Assembly (NCBI GenBank): GCA_963666215.2
Contig: CAXWPL010000005.1
Coordinates: forward strand, 1,024,001-1,088,000
Length of the DNA: 64,000 bases
Reading direction: 5' to 3'
Source: Acidobacteriota bacterium
GTDB lineage: Bacteria > Acidobacteriota > UBA890 > WLXD01
Notes under the pieces: model-generated
What the model saw: the letters and a program-made list of their open reading frames with translations, nothing else
Told to the model about the DNA's origin: nothing
Databases searched by the model: none
Program-made: the position numbers and the translations under genes
Part shown: positions 1 through 11,476 of the stretch, piece after piece
Numbering within the stretch: the first letter of the stretch is position 1
Layout: every line of letters begins with the position of its first letter

Positions 1-157
1 TGGCACTGAGCACCAAGGCTCGCCCGGTCCGTTGCTCGATGTCGCGAATGACACCGTAGCCATGCAGATCATGGGCGGCCAGGCTAATCAGGATTTGGAA
101 GACGGGCTCGGATAGCGGCAGCAAGCCCTCGGCGCTGCGCTCGGTTCGGTGCAGCAT
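1..157 (-). CDS. PadR-family transcriptional regulator, 5' part (runs off the window edge)
   Basis: Manual translation MLHRTERSAEGLLPLSEPVFQILISLAAHDLHGYGVIRDIEQRTGRALVLSA contains the PadR IL..L...HGY motif. Start is ATG157 or GTG160. Confidence 0.85.
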   Translation of the reverse strand, partial: MLHRTERSAEGLLPLSEPVFQILISLAAHDLHGYGVIRDIEQRTGRALVLSA

Positions 158-190
158 CACGATGGGCTCATCTCCTCGGGGCCAGACAAC

Positions 191-209
191 TATATCCTCA
201 TGGGATATA
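191..209. promoter_or_regulatory. Palindromic operator TATATCC-N5-GGATATA, probably PadR autoregulation
   Basis: Perfect 7-bp inverted repeat about 35 bp upstream of the padR start. A second TATATCC half-site overlaps at 206-212. Confidence 0.65.
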
Positions 210-259
210 TCCTACGGGAGATGTGCCACTCAGGTTTCATCGCCTCTCCGAACGAACGA

Positions 260-303
260 GGGCCCCGGCAGGCGATCCCAGTGGAGGATCGCCGCCAGGG
301 CCC
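260..303 (-). terminator. Hairpin downstream of leuB, likely terminator of the leu operon
   Basis: Nested stems GGGCCC..GGCGATCC/GGATCGCC..GGGCCC about 30 bp after the leuB stop; the U tract is weak. Confidence 0.5.
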
Positions 304-332
304 GCGCAGCCTGTAGTTAGCGGTGGCGAGCG

Positions 333-1400
333 CTAGATGCTCGCGAGCACCTCATCGCCCATCCGGCGCGTATCGACCGCGGCGGCGCCAACCGCCAAAT
401 CCGGCGTGACGATACCGTGCTCGATGACGGCGGCAACGCCGCTCTCGACGACATCGGCGGCTTCGGGCATCTGCAGGGAATGACGCAGCAGGAGGGCGAC
501 GCAAAGGATGGCGCCACAGGGATTGGCGATGCCTCGACCGGCAATGTCGGGCGCCGAGCCGTGGACTGGCTCGTACAGCCCCGGACGGCCGCCGCCGATC
601 GACGCCGAGGGCAGCATTGCCAGCGAACCGGTCAGAACGGAGGCCTCATCGGAGAGAATATCGCCGAACAGGTTGCTGGTGACGATGACGTCGAAGTCGG
701 CAGGCGACGTGATGATCTGCATCGCCGCCGCATCGACGTAGCGATGGTCGAGCTCGACGTCCGGGTACTCCTCGGCGACCAACCTCTCAACCGTGGCGCG
801 CCACAGCCGCGACGTGGCCAGGACGTTGGCCTTGTCGATCGAGGTCAGGCGGCCGCCGCGAGCACGCGCCAGATCCGCCGCCACCCTTGTGACCCTCTCG
901 ATCTCCGGCACCGTGTAGACACAGGTGTCGGTCGCCGAAGTGGCGTCGGCGGTTCTGGGCCCGAAGTAGAGACCACCGGTCAACTCACGGACGAACATCA
1001 TGTCTACGCCGTCCAGGAGTGCCGACTTGAGTGGTGAGGCCGCCGCCAGCTGCGGATACGGCCGCACGGGTCGCAGGTTCGCGAAGACCTCGAGCTCCTG
1101 GCGCAAGCGCAAGAGTCCGGCCTCCGGTCGAGCCGCCGGGTCGCCCGCGCTCCACCGCGGCCCGCCGACCGCGCCGAGTAGAACCGCGTCGGAGCGGTGG
1201 CAAAGCTCGAGAGTCTCCACCGGTAGAGGGTCACCAACCGCGTCGACCGCCGCGCCACCAATCAGTGCATCCCGCAGCGCGAAGTCGATCTCGAAGCGCT
1301 CGCCAACCCTCTCGAGCACCCGAACGGCCTCGGCCGTCACCTCCGGACCAATGCCGTCGCCCGGTAGCACGGCGATCTGCAAGGGGCTCGCTGTGTTCAC
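333..1400 (-). CDS. leuB: 3-isopropylmalate dehydrogenase
   Basis: Motifs LPGDGIGPEV, FANLRP, RELTGGLYFG, DKANVL, NLFGDILSD and EPVHGSAPDIAG. Confidence 0.97.
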   Translation of the reverse strand: MNTASPLQIAVLPGDGIGPEVTAEAVRVLERVGERFEIDFALRDALIGGAAVDAVGDPLPVETLELCHRSDAVLLGAVGGPRWSAGDPAARPEAGLLRLRQELEVFANLRPVRPYPQLAAASPLKSALLDGVDMMFVRELTGGLYFGPRTADATSATDTCVYTVPEIERVTRVAADLARARGGRLTSIDKANVLATSRLWRATVERLVAEEYPDVELDHRYVDAAAMQIITSPADFDVIVTSNLFGDILSDEASVLTGSLAMLPSASIGGGRPGLYEPVHGSAPDIAGRGIANPCGAILCVALLLRHSLQMPEAADVVESGVAAVIEHGIVTPDLAVGAAAVDTRRMGDEVLASI

Positions 1401-1993
1401 CGTGCGCCCGTCTCGTAGGCCGCTATTGCCGGTTCTTGCTGAAGCAGAAAGTCCATCTCGTCGATGCCGTTCAGCAGGCAGTGGCGAGCAAACGCTTCAA
1501 CCTCGAACGTGGCCCTCGGACCGTCTTCGAGAGCGACCGTTTGCTCGACAAGATCGATGTGCAGCACATCGCTGCCGCGATCGAGTAGCTCGGCGTGGAA
1601 CTCGGCCGACACCACGAGTGGCAGCAGGCCATTCTTCAGCGCATTGTTGCGAAAGATGTCGGCGATGCCGGTGCTCACCACCGCGCGAATGCCGTTCGCT
1701 AGCAGCGCCCACGGGGCATGCTCGCGCGATGAGCCGCAGCCAAAGTTGTGCCCGGCTACCAGGATCTGTGCCCCCTCGGCCTGCGCCCGGTTGAGAACGA
1801 AATCGGGCCTCTGAGCACCCTCGGCGTCGCAGCGCCAATCCGCAAACAGCCCTTCGGCGAGCCCATCGCGCCTCGTCGCTTTCAGGAACCGCGCCGGAAT
1901 GATCTGGTCGGTGTCGACATCGACACGCGGCATGGTGACGTAGCGACTGGTCAACGCCAGAAACGGCTCGCGGGCTGCTGCGGGAACGCTCAT
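1397..1993 (-). CDS. leuD: 3-isopropylmalate dehydratase small subunit
   Basis: Motifs DVDTDQIIPARFL, NFGCGSSREHAPWAL and ADIFRNN. Confidence 0.97.
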   Translation of the reverse strand: MSVPAAAREPFLALTSRYVTMPRVDVDTDQIIPARFLKATRRDGLAEGLFADWRCDAEGAQRPDFVLNRAQAEGAQILVAGHNFGCGSSREHAPWALLANGIRAVVSTGIADIFRNNALKNGLLPLVVSAEFHAELLDRGSDVLHIDLVEQTVALEDGPRATFEVEAFARHCLLNGIDEMDFLLQQEPAIAAYETGAR

Positions 1994-1997
1994 CAGG

Positions 1998-3443
1998 TCA
2001 CGAGCTCACCGCGTCGTGACCCAACGACATCAGCTCGCGCGCATCGGCCACTCGGCCGCGCACCGCCGAAGCGGCGGCCGTCAACGGACTGGCGAGTAGC
2101 GTTCGCCCACCCTTGCCCTGGCGCCCCTCGAAGTTCCGATTGCTCGTGCTCACGGCGTACTGGCCAGCCTCCAGTCGGTCGCCATTCATCCCCAGGCACA
2201 TCGAGCAGCCTGCTTCGCGCCACTCGGCACCGGCGTCCCGGAAGACGCGGTCGAGTCCCTCGCTCTCGGCTGCGCGCTTCACCGCCTGCGAGCCCGGCAC
2301 CACCAGCATGCGCACCCCGGGAGCCACCTTCTGACCCCGCAAGAGCGCCGCGGCGGCCCGCAGATCGGAAAGCCGCGAATTCGTGCAGCTGCCGAGGAAC
2401 ACAACGTCGACGGGCTTGCCCAGCACACGATCGCCCGGCTGCAGCCCCATGTACTTCAGCGCGGCTCGCTCACTGGTCGACAGCTCGTGGTCGGACGGTA
2501 TGGGGCTTCCCAAGGGAATCGCCATCCCAGGGTTGGTGCCGTAGGTGATCATCGGCTCGAGCGAGCCGGCGTCGATCACGACCTCGGCGTCGTGCACCGC
2601 TTGTTCGTCGGTCGACAGCTCACGCCAACGCCGAACCGCTGCATCCCAAGCGTCGCCCTTGGGCGATCGCGGCCGATCTGCCAGATACTCGAACGTGACG
2701 TCGTCCGGTCCGATCATGCCGGCGCGGGCGCCCGCCTCGATCGACATGTTGCACACCGTCATGCGCTCTTCCATGGAAAGCGACCGAATGGCCGAGCCGC
2801 AGTACTCGATCAGATGACCCGACGCTCCACCCACGCCGATGCGCGCAATAACCGCCAGGATGAGGTCCTTCGCGGTAACGCCGTCGGCCAGGGTGCCATC
2901 GACGCGGATCGCCATCGTCTTGGGGCGACGCTGGAGGAGACACTGCGTCGCCAGCACGTGCCCGACTTCGCTGGTGCCGATTCCGAAAGCCATGGCGCCA
3001 AATGCCCCGTGCGTGCTCGTGTGGCTGTCGCCGCAAACGATCACTTGCCCGGGTTGGGTAAGACCGAGCTCGGGGCCGATGACGTGAACGATGCCTTGGG
3101 TCGGGCTGCCGAGGTCGTGAAGCTCAATACCGAACTCTCGACAGTTGTCGCGTAGCTTTTCGGTCTGCGTGCGCGCCTGCTCGTCGTCGAACAGGTAGCG
3201 GCCGTCGGCCCGTGGCGGCGTTGTGGGCGTGGAGTGGTCCATCGTCGCCACGGTGAGGTCGGGACGCCGAACCGCCAACTCGCGCTGCCGCAACACGTCG
3301 AACGCCTGCGGGGTGGTGACCTCGTGGATCAGGTGAAGATCAACCCAGAGAATGGCGGGCGTCGCCTCGGTTTCCGAGGCGACCATGTGACTGCTCCAGA
3401 TGTTGTCGAGCAGCGTTCGAGGGGATGGCAACAACGGAGTCAC
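1998..3443 (-). CDS. leuC: 3-isopropylmalate dehydratase large subunit
   Basis: Motifs [51 protein letters not shown] and [12 protein letters not shown]. Start placed at GTG3443 just after the leuA stop. Confidence 0.97.
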   Translation of the reverse strand: MTPLLPSPRTLLDNIWSSHMVASETEATPAILWVDLHLIHEVTTPQAFDVLRQRELAVRRPDLTVATMDHSTPTTPPRADGRYLFDDEQARTQTEKLRDNCREFGIELHDLGSPTQGIVHVIGPELGLTQPGQVIVCGDSHTSTHGAFGAMAFGIGTSEVGHVLATQCLLQRRPKTMAIRVDGTLADGVTAKDLILAVIARIGVGGASGHLIEYCGSAIRSLSMEERMTVCNMSIEAGARAGMIGPDDVTFEYLADRPRSPKGDAWDAAVRRWRELSTDEQAVHDAEVVIDAGSLEPMITYGTNPGMAIPLGSPIPSDHELSTSERAALKYMGLQPGDRVLGKPVDVVFLGSCTNSRLSDLRAAAALLRGQKVAPGVRMLVVPGSQAVKRAAESEGLDRVFRDAGAEWREAGCSMCLGMNGDRLEAGQYAVSTSNRNFEGRQGKGGRTLLASPLTAAASAVRGRVADARELMSLGHDAVSS

Positions 3444-3447
3444 CAGA

Positions 3448-5121
<1,674 letters not shown>

Positions 5122-5198
5122 GGGGGTCCTCGGCGTTGTCCGGGGATTCTCGTTCGGTCAAGGAATGAGAGGTCGTCGGGCGGGCCGGTGCAGGTCAG

Positions 5199-5840
5199 TC
5201 AGGTTGTGGGAACGGGCTTGAGAAGGCCACGAAGAAAGAAGTCGGTGATCGATTCGGCGATCTCGGTGTCACGTAACCGACCGTCCGGTCGGTACCAGCG
5301 GTACATCCAGTTGATCATCCCGAGCAGTGCCAGCGCAGCGAGCTTCGGGTCGATCGGCTCGGCCTTGCCGGCCTCGATGACTTCCTCGATCGCGTTCTGG
5401 AGGAACTGCAGGTAGTCGCGCTTGCGCTCGTTGACGCGCTCCTGCTGATGGCTGTGCAACACGTAGCCCTCGTTGAGCACAACCGTGATCTCCTTGGGGC
5501 GATCGCGGGTGTACAGCAGGACGTGCGCTCGGATAGCGGCACGCAGGCGCTCCACCGGATCACGGATATCCACCACGCGATCGCGGACTTTCTCCTCGAA
5601 AAGGTCCATGCCGTACATCATGATGCGGAACAGCAGGTCTTCCTTGCTATCGATGTGGTGGTAGATCCCGGCCTTTGTCATCCCCATCGCCTCGGCGATG
5701 TCGCTCATCGAAGACTGTCCGAAGCCCTTCTCGCAGATCAGGCGCGCCGCTGCCTCGTAAATCTGCTCCTCCCGGGTCTGGTGATCGACCCGGGGCTCGG
5801 TTTTGGCTTTGGAGGACTGCAGCTTCAACGGGCGTGACAT
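5199..5840 (-). CDS. TetR/AcrR-family regulator with KstR2/PaaR-like C-terminal domain
   Basis: HTH region EQIYEAAARLICEKGF..SMSDIAEAMGMTKAGIYHH..SKEDLL and C-terminal LGMINWMYRWYRPDG. Confidence 0.9.
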   Translation of the reverse strand: MSRPLKLQSSKAKTEPRVDHQTREEQIYEAAARLICEKGFGQSSMSDIAEAMGMTKAGIYHHIDSKEDLLFRIMMYGMDLFEEKVRDRVVDIRDPVERLRAAIRAHVLLYTRDRPKEITVVLNEGYVLHSHQQERVNERKRDYLQFLQNAIEEVIEAGKAEPIDPKLAALALLGMINWMYRWYRPDGRLRDTEIAESITDFFLRGLLKPVPTT

Positions 5841-5868
5841 GGGGCACTCGAACGTCGCCAGGGATGAT

Positions 5869-5886
5869 ACCGACCGATCGGTAGGT
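5869..5886. promoter_or_regulatory. TetR-type operator palindrome ACCGACCGATCGGTAGGT
   Basis: 16 of 18 positions self-complementary, about 30 bp upstream of the tetR start; contains ACCGA-N4-TCGGT. Confidence 0.65.
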
Positions 5887-6035
5887 CGCGGACCAGGCCA
5901 ACGTTAGCGAACCCACCCCCGCTGGGGCAAGTCGATTATCGCGGTCGGTCCAAGCTTGGCCACCGGTGGCCGGGGCCGATCGACGGTATTCTCGTGTTGC
6001 GTGTAAGATCGCGGTCGAGTAGCGTTCGCTACAGT

Positions 6036-6161
6036 ACTCATCGCGACCGGCGGAGGGACTGGCCCTTCGATGCCGGGGCAACCTGCGGACGAGCACTTTG
6101 CGAGGCTCGGCGCGTGGTGCCAATTCCTGCGGTGGCTCAAACGAGCTGCCGGAAGATGAGC
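6036..6161 (+). ncRNA. SAM-I (S-box) riboswitch aptamer
   Basis: P1 CTCATC/GATGAG with the conserved GGCGGAGGGACTGGCCC, GGCAACC and GGTGCCAATTCC elements, located upstream of metX. Confidence 0.93.
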
Positions 6162-6181
6162 GGGCGAAGCAGCATCCGTCG

Positions 6182-6230
6182 CGGTTCTCGCAGGAGTTTC
6201 CGATGAGGGAACTCAACTGCTGGAGAACCG
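6182..6230 (+). promoter_or_regulatory. Expression-platform hairpin that sequesters the metX ribosome-binding site
   Basis: Long stem CGGTTCTC..GAGTTTCC/GGGAACTC..GAGAACCG whose 3' arm includes GGAG just before TTG6234; no U tract follows. Confidence 0.6.
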
Positions 6231-6233
6231 ATC

Positions 6234-7493
6234 TTGAACGCTTTGCCGAGCGCGGCCGCCCCGGACGCGCCATCCGCCGACTGCTTCTGCTGTACCGGAA
6301 CCTCTCCCACCCCAACCTCGTCGACTCCGAGCTCGCCCTCGGAGACCTCGGCGACGGCGATCTCGTCTGCCGGCAGACATCCCGCCGATCTTCCGCCAGC
6401 GGTGCGCGGAACCGCTCGCGTCTCGGTCGACCTCGACGATGGACGCGCCGTCGTCGACGTCCCCTACGAGCTGACGGGCAACGCGGACGGGCCGCTCGTG
6501 GCGATGCTCGGGGGCATCTCAGCCACCCGCCACGTGGCCTCGAACGGCCTCGACGCGACCCCCGGGTGGTGGAGCGGGCAGGCCGGCAACGGCGCGGCCG
6601 TCGACACTCCCCGCTACCGCGTGCTGTCGTTCGACTACGTCGGTGGTCCCGACGCTCCGCTCGCGCACAACACCTCCATTGCCACCAGCGGCCAAGCCTC
6701 GGCGCTCGCCGGCGTTCTCGACGCCCTTGATCTTCCCGCGCTAGATCTGCTGATCGGCGCCTCCTACGGCGGCATGGTGGGTCTCGCTTTCGCCGCTCGC
6801 TACCCCGAAGCGCTCCAACGACTGCTGGTCATCAGCGCGGCTCACAGAGCCCACCCGATGGCGACGGCACTGCGCGTGGTCCAGCGGCGCATCGTTCGCT
6901 TCGCACTCGATCACGACGATCCCGAACGCGGCCTCCGTTTGGCGCGGGCCCTCGCAATGACCACCTATCGCACCGCACTCGAGTTTGAAGAACGCTTCGA
7001 GGCCGCACCGTTCGCCGGCCGCACAGTGCGCTTCCCGGTGGAGGACTACCTCGACGCCCGCAGCGATGCCTTCGCGCGGACATTCGACGCCCATGGCTTC
7101 CTGGCGCTTTCGGCGTCGATCGATCACCATCGAGTCGACCCCACGGCAATCGTGACACCCACCGACATCGTCGCGGTGGACAGCGACGATGTGGTGCCGC
7201 CGTGGCTGGCGCGCGAGCTTCGCGATCGCCTGGGCGGGCCTTCCACGTACCTCGAGATCCGATCACGAGTGGGACACGACGCCTTTCTGGTTGACGTGGC
7301 GCCGATCGCCGAAAGCGTTTGCCGGAGCCTCGTGGCAACTTCGGTCGGCGCCGCATCGGCTCATTTGTCCGACGGTCCATACCACCGGAGCCCTGGTGCG
7401 GGAATCGTCGCCACCCACGTTCCGGAGGCGCAGATCGTCGCTCGCCATGCCACCAGCCCGGCTGTGCCGGTGTCGACGGAGGTAGCGCGATGA
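6234..7493 (+). CDS. metX: Homoserine O-acyltransferase, MetX family (probably succinyltransferase type)
   Basis: Motifs GGISA, PGWW, nucleophile GASYGG, ARALAMTTYR and GHDAFL; first gene after the SAM riboswitch. Exact start uncertain. Confidence 0.88.
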   Translation: MNALPSAAAPDAPSADCFCCTGTSPTPTSSTPSSPSETSATAISSAGRHPADLPPAVRGTARVSVDLDDGRAVVDVPYELTGNADGPLVAMLGGISATRHVASNGLDATPGWWSGQAGNGAAVDTPRYRVLSFDYVGGPDAPLAHNTSIATSGQASALAGVLDALDLPALDLLIGASYGGMVGLAFAARYPEALQRLLVISAAHRAHPMATALRVVQRRIVRFALDHDDPERGLRLARALAMTTYRTALEFEERFEAAPFAGRTVRFPVEDYLDARSDAFARTFDAHGFLALSASIDHHRVDPTAIVTPTDIVAVDSDDVVPPWLARELRDRLGGPSTYLEIRSRVGHDAFLVDVAPIAESVCRSLVATSVGAASAHLSDGPYHRSPGAGIVATHVPEAQIVARHATSPAVPVSTEVAR

Positions 7494-8665
7494 GCCGCCT
7501 GCGACCCGCCACCCGTTCCGTCCGCGCCAGTGTCGGCTGCGATCCGACTCACGGCGCGGTGATGCCCCCTATCTACCTGTCGGCCAACTACACATTCGAG
7601 GAGCTCGGACGCAAGCGACAGCACGATTACTCGCGCACCTCGAATCCCACTCGCGACTGCCTCGCCGAGGCCATCGCCGATCTCGAGGGCGGAGTCGGCG
7701 CCGTGGTGACGTCGTCGGGAATGTCGGCGGTGGCTCTGGTTCTCCAGCTGCTGCGCACCGGCGATCGTGTAGCAGTGACCCACGATTGCTACGGCGGCAC
7801 ACACCGCCTGGTGAGGGCTCTGGCCGAGCGTGGACAGCTCGACGTCAAGCTCACCGACATGACCGACCCGTCGTGCATCAACGAGCTCACGGCGTGGAGC
7901 CCGCAGATGATCTGGGTTGAAACGCCCAGCAATCCGCTGCTGCGTATCACCGACATCGCCCGGCTCGCCGCGGTGGCTCGCGATACGGGGGCGCTGCTCG
8001 TGGTCGACAACACCTTCTTGTCGCCCGCGTGGCAACAACCGCTGGAGCATGGTGCCGACGTGGTGGTCCATTCAACGACCAAGTTCATCAACGGTCACAG
8101 CGATGTCGTCGGCGGCGCGGCCATTGCCAAAGCCCCCGAAGTGCTCGAGAGGCTCGCCTGGTGGGCCAACTGCATCGGCCTCGCTGGCGCGCCCTTCGAC
8201 AGCTACCTGACGCTGCGTGGTCTGCGCACGCTCGACGCGCGCACCCGTATCCACGCCGCCAACGCGCACGAGGTGGTCGAGCTGCTGTCCGTCGACGATC
8301 GGGTTGCACGGGTGTTCTACCCCGGGCTTTCCGACCATCCCGGGCACGAGACTGCCGCCCGTCAGCAGACGGGCTGGGGCAGCCTCATCAGCTTCGAGCT
8401 GCATGGTGGCGAGCCCGCGGTCCGCACATTCGTCGAGAGCCTGCGGTGTTTCTCGCTGGCCGAGTCGCTCGGCGGGGTGGAGAGCCTGGTTGCACATCCG
8501 GCAACCATGACGCACGCGGCGATGGACGCCGAGTCCCGGCGAGCCGTGGGCATCGGCGACTCGTTGATCCGTCTGTCGGTGGGGATCGAGAACGTCGACG
8601 ATCTCCTCGCCGACCTGTCGCAGGCACTCGACCGGGTGGGGAGGACGACGTGCGTGACCGCATAG
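7490..8665 (+). CDS. metB: Cystathionine gamma-synthase
   Basis: Motifs YSRTSNPTR, SSGMSAV, ETPSNP, DNTF, HSTTKFINGHSDV (PLP lysine) and AESLGGVESL; ATGA overlap with metX. Confidence 0.93.
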   Translation: MSRLRPATRSVRASVGCDPTHGAVMPPIYLSANYTFEELGRKRQHDYSRTSNPTRDCLAEAIADLEGGVGAVVTSSGMSAVALVLQLLRTGDRVAVTHDCYGGTHRLVRALAERGQLDVKLTDMTDPSCINELTAWSPQMIWVETPSNPLLRITDIARLAAVARDTGALLVVDNTFLSPAWQQPLEHGADVVVHSTTKFINGHSDVVGGAAIAKAPEVLERLAWWANCIGLAGAPFDSYLTLRGLRTLDARTRIHAANAHEVVELLSVDDRVARVFYPGLSDHPGHETAARQQTGWGSLISFELHGGEPAVRTFVESLRCFSLAESLGGVESLVAHPATMTHAAMDAESRRAVGIGDSLIRLSVGIENVDDLLADLSQALDRVGRTTCVTA

Positions 8666-9435
8666 ACAGCCGTCCCATCACCATCCTGAAGATCGGTGGC
8701 TCACTGCTGACCGAGACCGACGGCTTCGGCGAGGCGGTCGCCGAGGTGCGGGCGCATGTCGATCGCGGCCACGACGTCGTCGCCGTGGTCTCGGCGATGA
8801 ACGGCACCACCGATCGGCTCTGGGCTGCGGCTCACGAGCTGGCGGAGCGCCCCGATGCGAAGCTGCTGAGCTCTCTGCTGGCCACGGGCGAGGACGCCGC
8901 GGCCGCTCTGTTCGGTATCGCGCTACGACAAGCGCCGACGATCGAGGCCGCGGTTCTATCGGCTCTCGAGCTCGGCTTGGTCACCGAAGGCCCCGACCTC
9001 GACGCCACGCCGGTGGCCATCGACGCGAACCGCATTCGCCAGCTGCTGCGGACGCGCGGTGTGGTTGTGGCGCCGGGCTTCGTCGGCCGCAGCGCCGCTG
9101 GCGACCCGACGATTCTCGGACGAGGTGGATCGGACCTCACGGCGCTGTTTCTCGCCGCCGAGCTCGACGCCGTGGACTGCCGCCTGCTCAAGGACGTCGG
9201 CGGCCTGTTCACCAGCGACCCCAAGAGGGATGCGGCTGTCGACGCGTCTCGTAGTGCCCGACGCTACGAGCGCGCCACCTGGGACGAGGTGATGCGCATT
9301 GGCGGTGGAGTGGTGCAACCCAAAGCCGTCCGATTCGCCAAGCGGCACGGCACCGGGTTCCAGATCTCCCCCTTCGGCAGCGTTGGAACGTCGGTCGGGC
9401 GCGGTCCCAACGAGCTGCACGGAGCAGAGGCATGA
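8650..9435 (+). CDS. Aspartate kinase, catalytic domain only (no ACT domains)
   Basis: Motifs LKIGGS, VVSAMNGTTDRL, LATGE, LGRGGSDLTA, KDVGGLFTSDP and VVQPKA; about 261 aa. Confidence 0.85.
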   Translation: MRDRIDSRPITILKIGGSLLTETDGFGEAVAEVRAHVDRGHDVVAVVSAMNGTTDRLWAAAHELAERPDAKLLSSLLATGEDAAAALFGIALRQAPTIEAAVLSALELGLVTEGPDLDATPVAIDANRIRQLLRTRGVVVAPGFVGRSAAGDPTILGRGGSDLTALFLAAELDAVDCRLLKDVGGLFTSDPKRDAAVDASRSARRYERATWDEVMRIGGGVVQPKAVRFAKRHGTGFQISPFGSVGTSVGRGPNELHGAEA

Positions 9436-10622
9436 GCCGGCCGGCCGCAGGACACGGCGACCGTCGCCGGGCGCAACAGATCACGGTGCCGGACGCCAAG
9501 CGTACCGATGTCGCCGTTCTCGGCGCCACCGGTCTGGTAGGTCAACGGCTCGTGCGAAGCCTCCGCCAGCACCCATGGTTCCGGGTTGGCGAGCTGGTGG
9601 GATCGCCGCGATCAGCCGGCAGGCGCTTCGGAGACTACGCCGACCTGCAGGGCGGCGATGATCTCCCCGAGATCCTCGCTTCGAAGACGCTGCTCGCGCC
9701 CGGTGACGAGCTGTGCTCACCGATCGTCTTGTCGGCGCTACCCGGCCTCGCGGCAGAGGAGTTGGAGCCCACGTACGCCGAACGCGGACACCTGGTGTGC
9801 TCGAACGCCTCTGCTTTTCGCGGCCATCCCGCGGTCCCTCTGGTTGTACCCGAGATCAACCCCCAGGCGCTGGCGTTGGTGGCCACACAGCCGTGGCGCG
9901 GGCGAGCTGGCGGGATAGCCGGGAAAGCCGGTGGCATCGTTGCCAACCCGAACTGCATGGTCAACGGCCTGAGCCTCGTGCTGGCGCCGCTGCATCGCGC
10001 CTTCGGGATCGAGTCCATCACCGTGGTCACGATGCAGGCAATCTCGGGCGCCGGTCGCTCAGCCCTGACCGCGTATCAGACAGCCGGCAGTGCAGCAGCT
10101 GGCAACGTCGTTCCGGCGATCGCCAACGAGGCCCAGAAGGTCGCCAGCGAGCCGCTCAAGATTCTCGACGCCAACTTCCCAGTTTCCGTAATGGTCAACC
10201 GGGTGCCTGTGGAGAACGGCCACTTGGCCTCGGTGTTCCTCAAGCTTCGGGAATGTCCCGCGCTGGCGGCCGCGACTGAAGCCCTGCAGCAATGGCGTGC
10301 ACCTGAGGCCGTTCGCGCCCTGCCCTCGTGTCCGCATCGCCCAGTCGCTGTTTCCGCCGAGCCCGACGCACCCCAACCGAAGCTGCATCTCGGCGCCGGC
10401 AACGGCATGACGGTGACCGTTGGCGGCATCGAAGCCGACCCGATCTACGACTTGCGTCTCACACTGCTGGTCCACAACCTTGTCCGCGGTGCCGCCGGCG
10501 CCTGCCTGTTCAACGCCGAGCTTGCTCTGGCGCACGGTCTCGTGCCTAGCTACGGCCAGGCTCACACGGTTGCCGGCGTCCATCAGGAGGCTCGGTTCCC
10601 AGCGGAGGCAGTCGAGGCGTGA
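9432..10622 (+). CDS. asd: Aspartate-semialdehyde dehydrogenase
   Basis: Motifs LGATGLVGQR, SNASAFR, VPEINP, NPNC (catalytic Cys), TMQAISGAG, RVPVENGH and HNLVRGAAG. Confidence 0.93.
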   Translation: MSRPAAGHGDRRRAQQITVPDAKRTDVAVLGATGLVGQRLVRSLRQHPWFRVGELVGSPRSAGRRFGDYADLQGGDDLPEILASKTLLAPGDELCSPIVLSALPGLAAEELEPTYAERGHLVCSNASAFRGHPAVPLVVPEINPQALALVATQPWRGRAGGIAGKAGGIVANPNCMVNGLSLVLAPLHRAFGIESITVVTMQAISGAGRSALTAYQTAGSAAAGNVVPAIANEAQKVASEPLKILDANFPVSVMVNRVPVENGHLASVFLKLRECPALAAATEALQQWRAPEAVRALPSCPHRPVAVSAEPDAPQPKLHLGAGNGMTVTVGGIEADPIYDLRLTLLVHNLVRGAAGACLFNAELALAHGLVPSYGQAHTVAGVHQEARFPAEAVEA

Positions 10623-11443
10623 AACCCGGCTATCAGGGCGAACCTCACAGCTACAGCTTTCAAGCGCTTCACGAGATCTTCCCCGATTCCGAGGCGATCG
10701 GATACGGGAGCTTCGCGGCGACATTCGAGGCGTTCGACCGGCACGAGGTCGATCAGCTGGTCGTGCCTGTCGAGAACTCGACGACGGGCTCGATACTCCC
10801 CGTCCTCGACCGCCTGTCGGGCGAGGGACGCAAGCGGGCGTTCTCGATTACCGCCGAGCACCTGGTGGAAGTCCGACACACCCTGTTCGGGCTGCCGGGA
10901 GCCACGCTCGGAGAGCTGCGCGAGATCCGATCTCATCCCGAGGCGCTGGCGCAGGCTGAACGGACGCTGCTCGAGCTCGACGTCGCGCCCAGGCCCGTGC
11001 ACGACACGGCCGGCGCGCTGCGACAGGTACGGGAGGACGGCGACGCGTCGATCGGCGCCCTGGCTTCGCCAAGCGCGGGCGCCGCTCACGGGCTCGAGGC
11101 GCTGCGTTCCAACGTTCTGGACCGCGAGCACAACACCACCCGCTTCGTCGTGTTGACTCCCGGCGCCCCGGTCCCAGGACACGACGCCAACAAGGCGACG
11201 CTCGTCCTGAAGACCGCACACACGCCGGGCGCGCTGGCGCTCGCGCTCACCGAGCTCGGCCGCCGCGGCGCCAATCTCACACGTATCGAGTCGCGTCCCG
11301 CCGGAGATCGCTGGGCCTACCGCTTCTTCGTGGACCTGACGCACACCCCCGGCCCTGAAGGGCTCGCCCGAGTCGTGGAGCCCGCGCCATCGACCTGCAT
11401 CGACCTGCGCGTGCTCGGCAGCTACGTCGCCGCGACCCTCTAG
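10619..11443 (+). CDS. pheA: Prephenate dehydratase with ACT domain
   Basis: Motifs YQGEPHSYS, PVENSTTG, SHPEALAQ, NTTRF and LTRIESRP. Confidence 0.92.
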   Translation: MKPGYQGEPHSYSFQALHEIFPDSEAIGYGSFAATFEAFDRHEVDQLVVPVENSTTGSILPVLDRLSGEGRKRAFSITAEHLVEVRHTLFGLPGATLGELREIRSHPEALAQAERTLLELDVAPRPVHDTAGALRQVREDGDASIGALASPSAGAAHGLEALRSNVLDREHNTTRFVVLTPGAPVPGHDANKATLVLKTAHTPGALALALTELGRRGANLTRIESRPAGDRWAYRFFVDLTHTPGPEGLARVVEPAPSTCIDLRVLGSYVAATL

Positions 11444-11476
11444 CGGCCGGCTGGGCGTCAAAGGCAAGATCGGCAC

